In this document: one piece after another, positions 62,677-64,000 of the stretch
How positions within the stretch are numbered: the stretch's first letter is position 1
Layout of the letters: each line of letters begins with the position of its first letter
Assembly: GCF_009914755.1 (NCBI RefSeq)
Contig: NC_060929.1
Source: the human T2T-CHM13v2.0 reference genome, Homo sapiens
Direction: 5' to 3' (one strand)
Length of the DNA: 64,000 bases
Notes under the pieces: generated by a model
Databases searched by the model: none
The model's input: the letters and a program-made list of their open reading frames with translations, nothing else
What the model was told of the DNA's origin: nothing
Made by a program: the position numbers and the translations under genes

Positions 62677-63045
62677 ACTAGCAGCGGAGGGGAGCCCACA
62701 GTGGCCCACCATCCCTGGAGTCTGACTGAGCTCACGTCGACCTCCTTCTACGATGGCTCAAAGACTCCTCTCCTTGTCTTCAGTTCTCTCACCACACGGA
62801 TCACACAGGAGGTTCTCCTTTCTTGTCATTTTCATCCTCATTCCATTCTCCATCCCAAAGTGACCAACCTAAGTGCATTATTGCCCCTTTCTTCTCCAGA
62901 ATCCCTCTGGCAATTTCTTCACTTGCCTCCCAGAATTATTTCTGAAAAATCCTTTCTGGGAAGTTTTAAGATACTTGACCCAAATAGCAACAACAATAAC
63001 ATTTCCAGCAGTAAAAAGAGGACATTTATACTCCCACAGCCTTAG
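62677..63045 (+). other. Candidate exon/ORF (unidentified)
   Basis: strong acceptor tgtattcttcttccag|A followed by 122 open codons; CpG retention. Confidence 0.2.
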
Positions 63046-63532
63046 GCAATCATACTAATTATCTTAGAAGAGTTCACAAAAAAACGTGGCAAGGATAGAG
63101 TGCTAATTGTAATGTTCACTCTTTGACACAATTAAGCTATAAATAGCATCTTCTGCATCAGAGTAAGCATGGTGCTTTTAAATATGTTATCAAAATAAGT
63201 TTGTCATTTTTTATATCCAGTATTCAATTTTTCTGTCATTCTTTTCCTATGGACTATACAATAATTCAGATGAATCAACTATTAGAAAGATTTGTGGGCA
63301 GTATTAATGCTGTAACTTTAATAGTCTGAGCAAGAAGCTTAATTGGCACTCACTTTTCTTTATTCCTGATGTAATAGTCTCTGTAGTTGGCTGTGATGAA
63401 TTATTCCACCGTCGTGGGTGCCAAGTGGAGCGATTCCTGATTCATTAGTCCATTGCTCCTGAAATGGAGAGTTCACTACTTGTATGGATGGATCTTGTGA
63501 GATCCCACAGAGCCCATCTGTGTGCTACTCAC

Positions 63533-63640
63533 AGAAATGCGGACCTGAAGGCAGTATCAGCAAGCGAAGGTCAGATGATAAATTGTGGCTCTCCAAGCCA
63601 AGCTTATGCAGCAGTGTAGTAAGAGACTTGACAAATTCTC
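63533..63640 (-). other. Candidate 108-bp exon on minus strand
   Basis: acceptor aatttttcacttcag|G, donor TCT|gtgagt; one open frame. Confidence 0.25.
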
Positions 63641-64000
63641 CTGAAGTGAAAAATTGCCTTTCAGCTCTAGCTTTGTCTTTTTTTTTTTGAGTAAATAAGT
63701 TATTGCAATAGAAAGAGAACTTTTGATTAAGTGTTTAATTATTGCCACTTGTGTAGAAAATGTGGCATCATTTCAAGGGGACCTGGGCTTCTTTTGGGGG
63801 AGAGAGTTGAGACTGGAATGCAGAGCATCCTAATTCTTGCAGTGTATCCTTTCAGTACCTACCAATCTCTTGTCACCCAGGTGAAGTTGGATGGGAGCAT
63901 GCCATGGAGAACACAGAGACTCACTACAGTGGTGTGAGGAGGAGCAATTAGATACCTGTATTTGGACCAGCAGGGTCTGGGAGCCCTACGGGTGGTGCTG

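Noticed and set aside
62860-62872. gtgaccaacctaa resembling a MADE1/mariner end (miR-548 type)
   Set aside because: Only about 12 bp and no second inverted end

Overview
AT-rich hominoid (human-like) genomic DNA, intronic or intergenic. I recognise no protein-coding gene. The only long ORFs are broken L1 ORF2 pieces (32.3-36.0 kb). The window is a mosaic of L1s (L1PA3, L1PB-like, L1M), Alus, MaLR/ERVL/ERV1 solo LTRs, MER5, MIR/L2 and microsatellites, plus one tailless 5S rRNA retrocopy with a TSD. The notable structure is mutational. (i) Three local templated insertions copy DNA from 1.7-6.7 kb away into a repeat (into an Alu at 20.3 kb, an ERV1 LTR at 31.4 kb and a MER5A at 58.9 kb), with microhomology or fold-back junctions. 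(ii) Four L1 insertions carry twin-priming 5' inversions, two of them tiny, and one of these also contains an inverted copy of its own target site. (iii) There are several perfect short palindromes. A few candidate exons and CpG-retaining patches are flagged at low confidence. Subfamily names are from remembered diagnostic motifs, not from a database search. I find no evidence of a new gene-encoded system.
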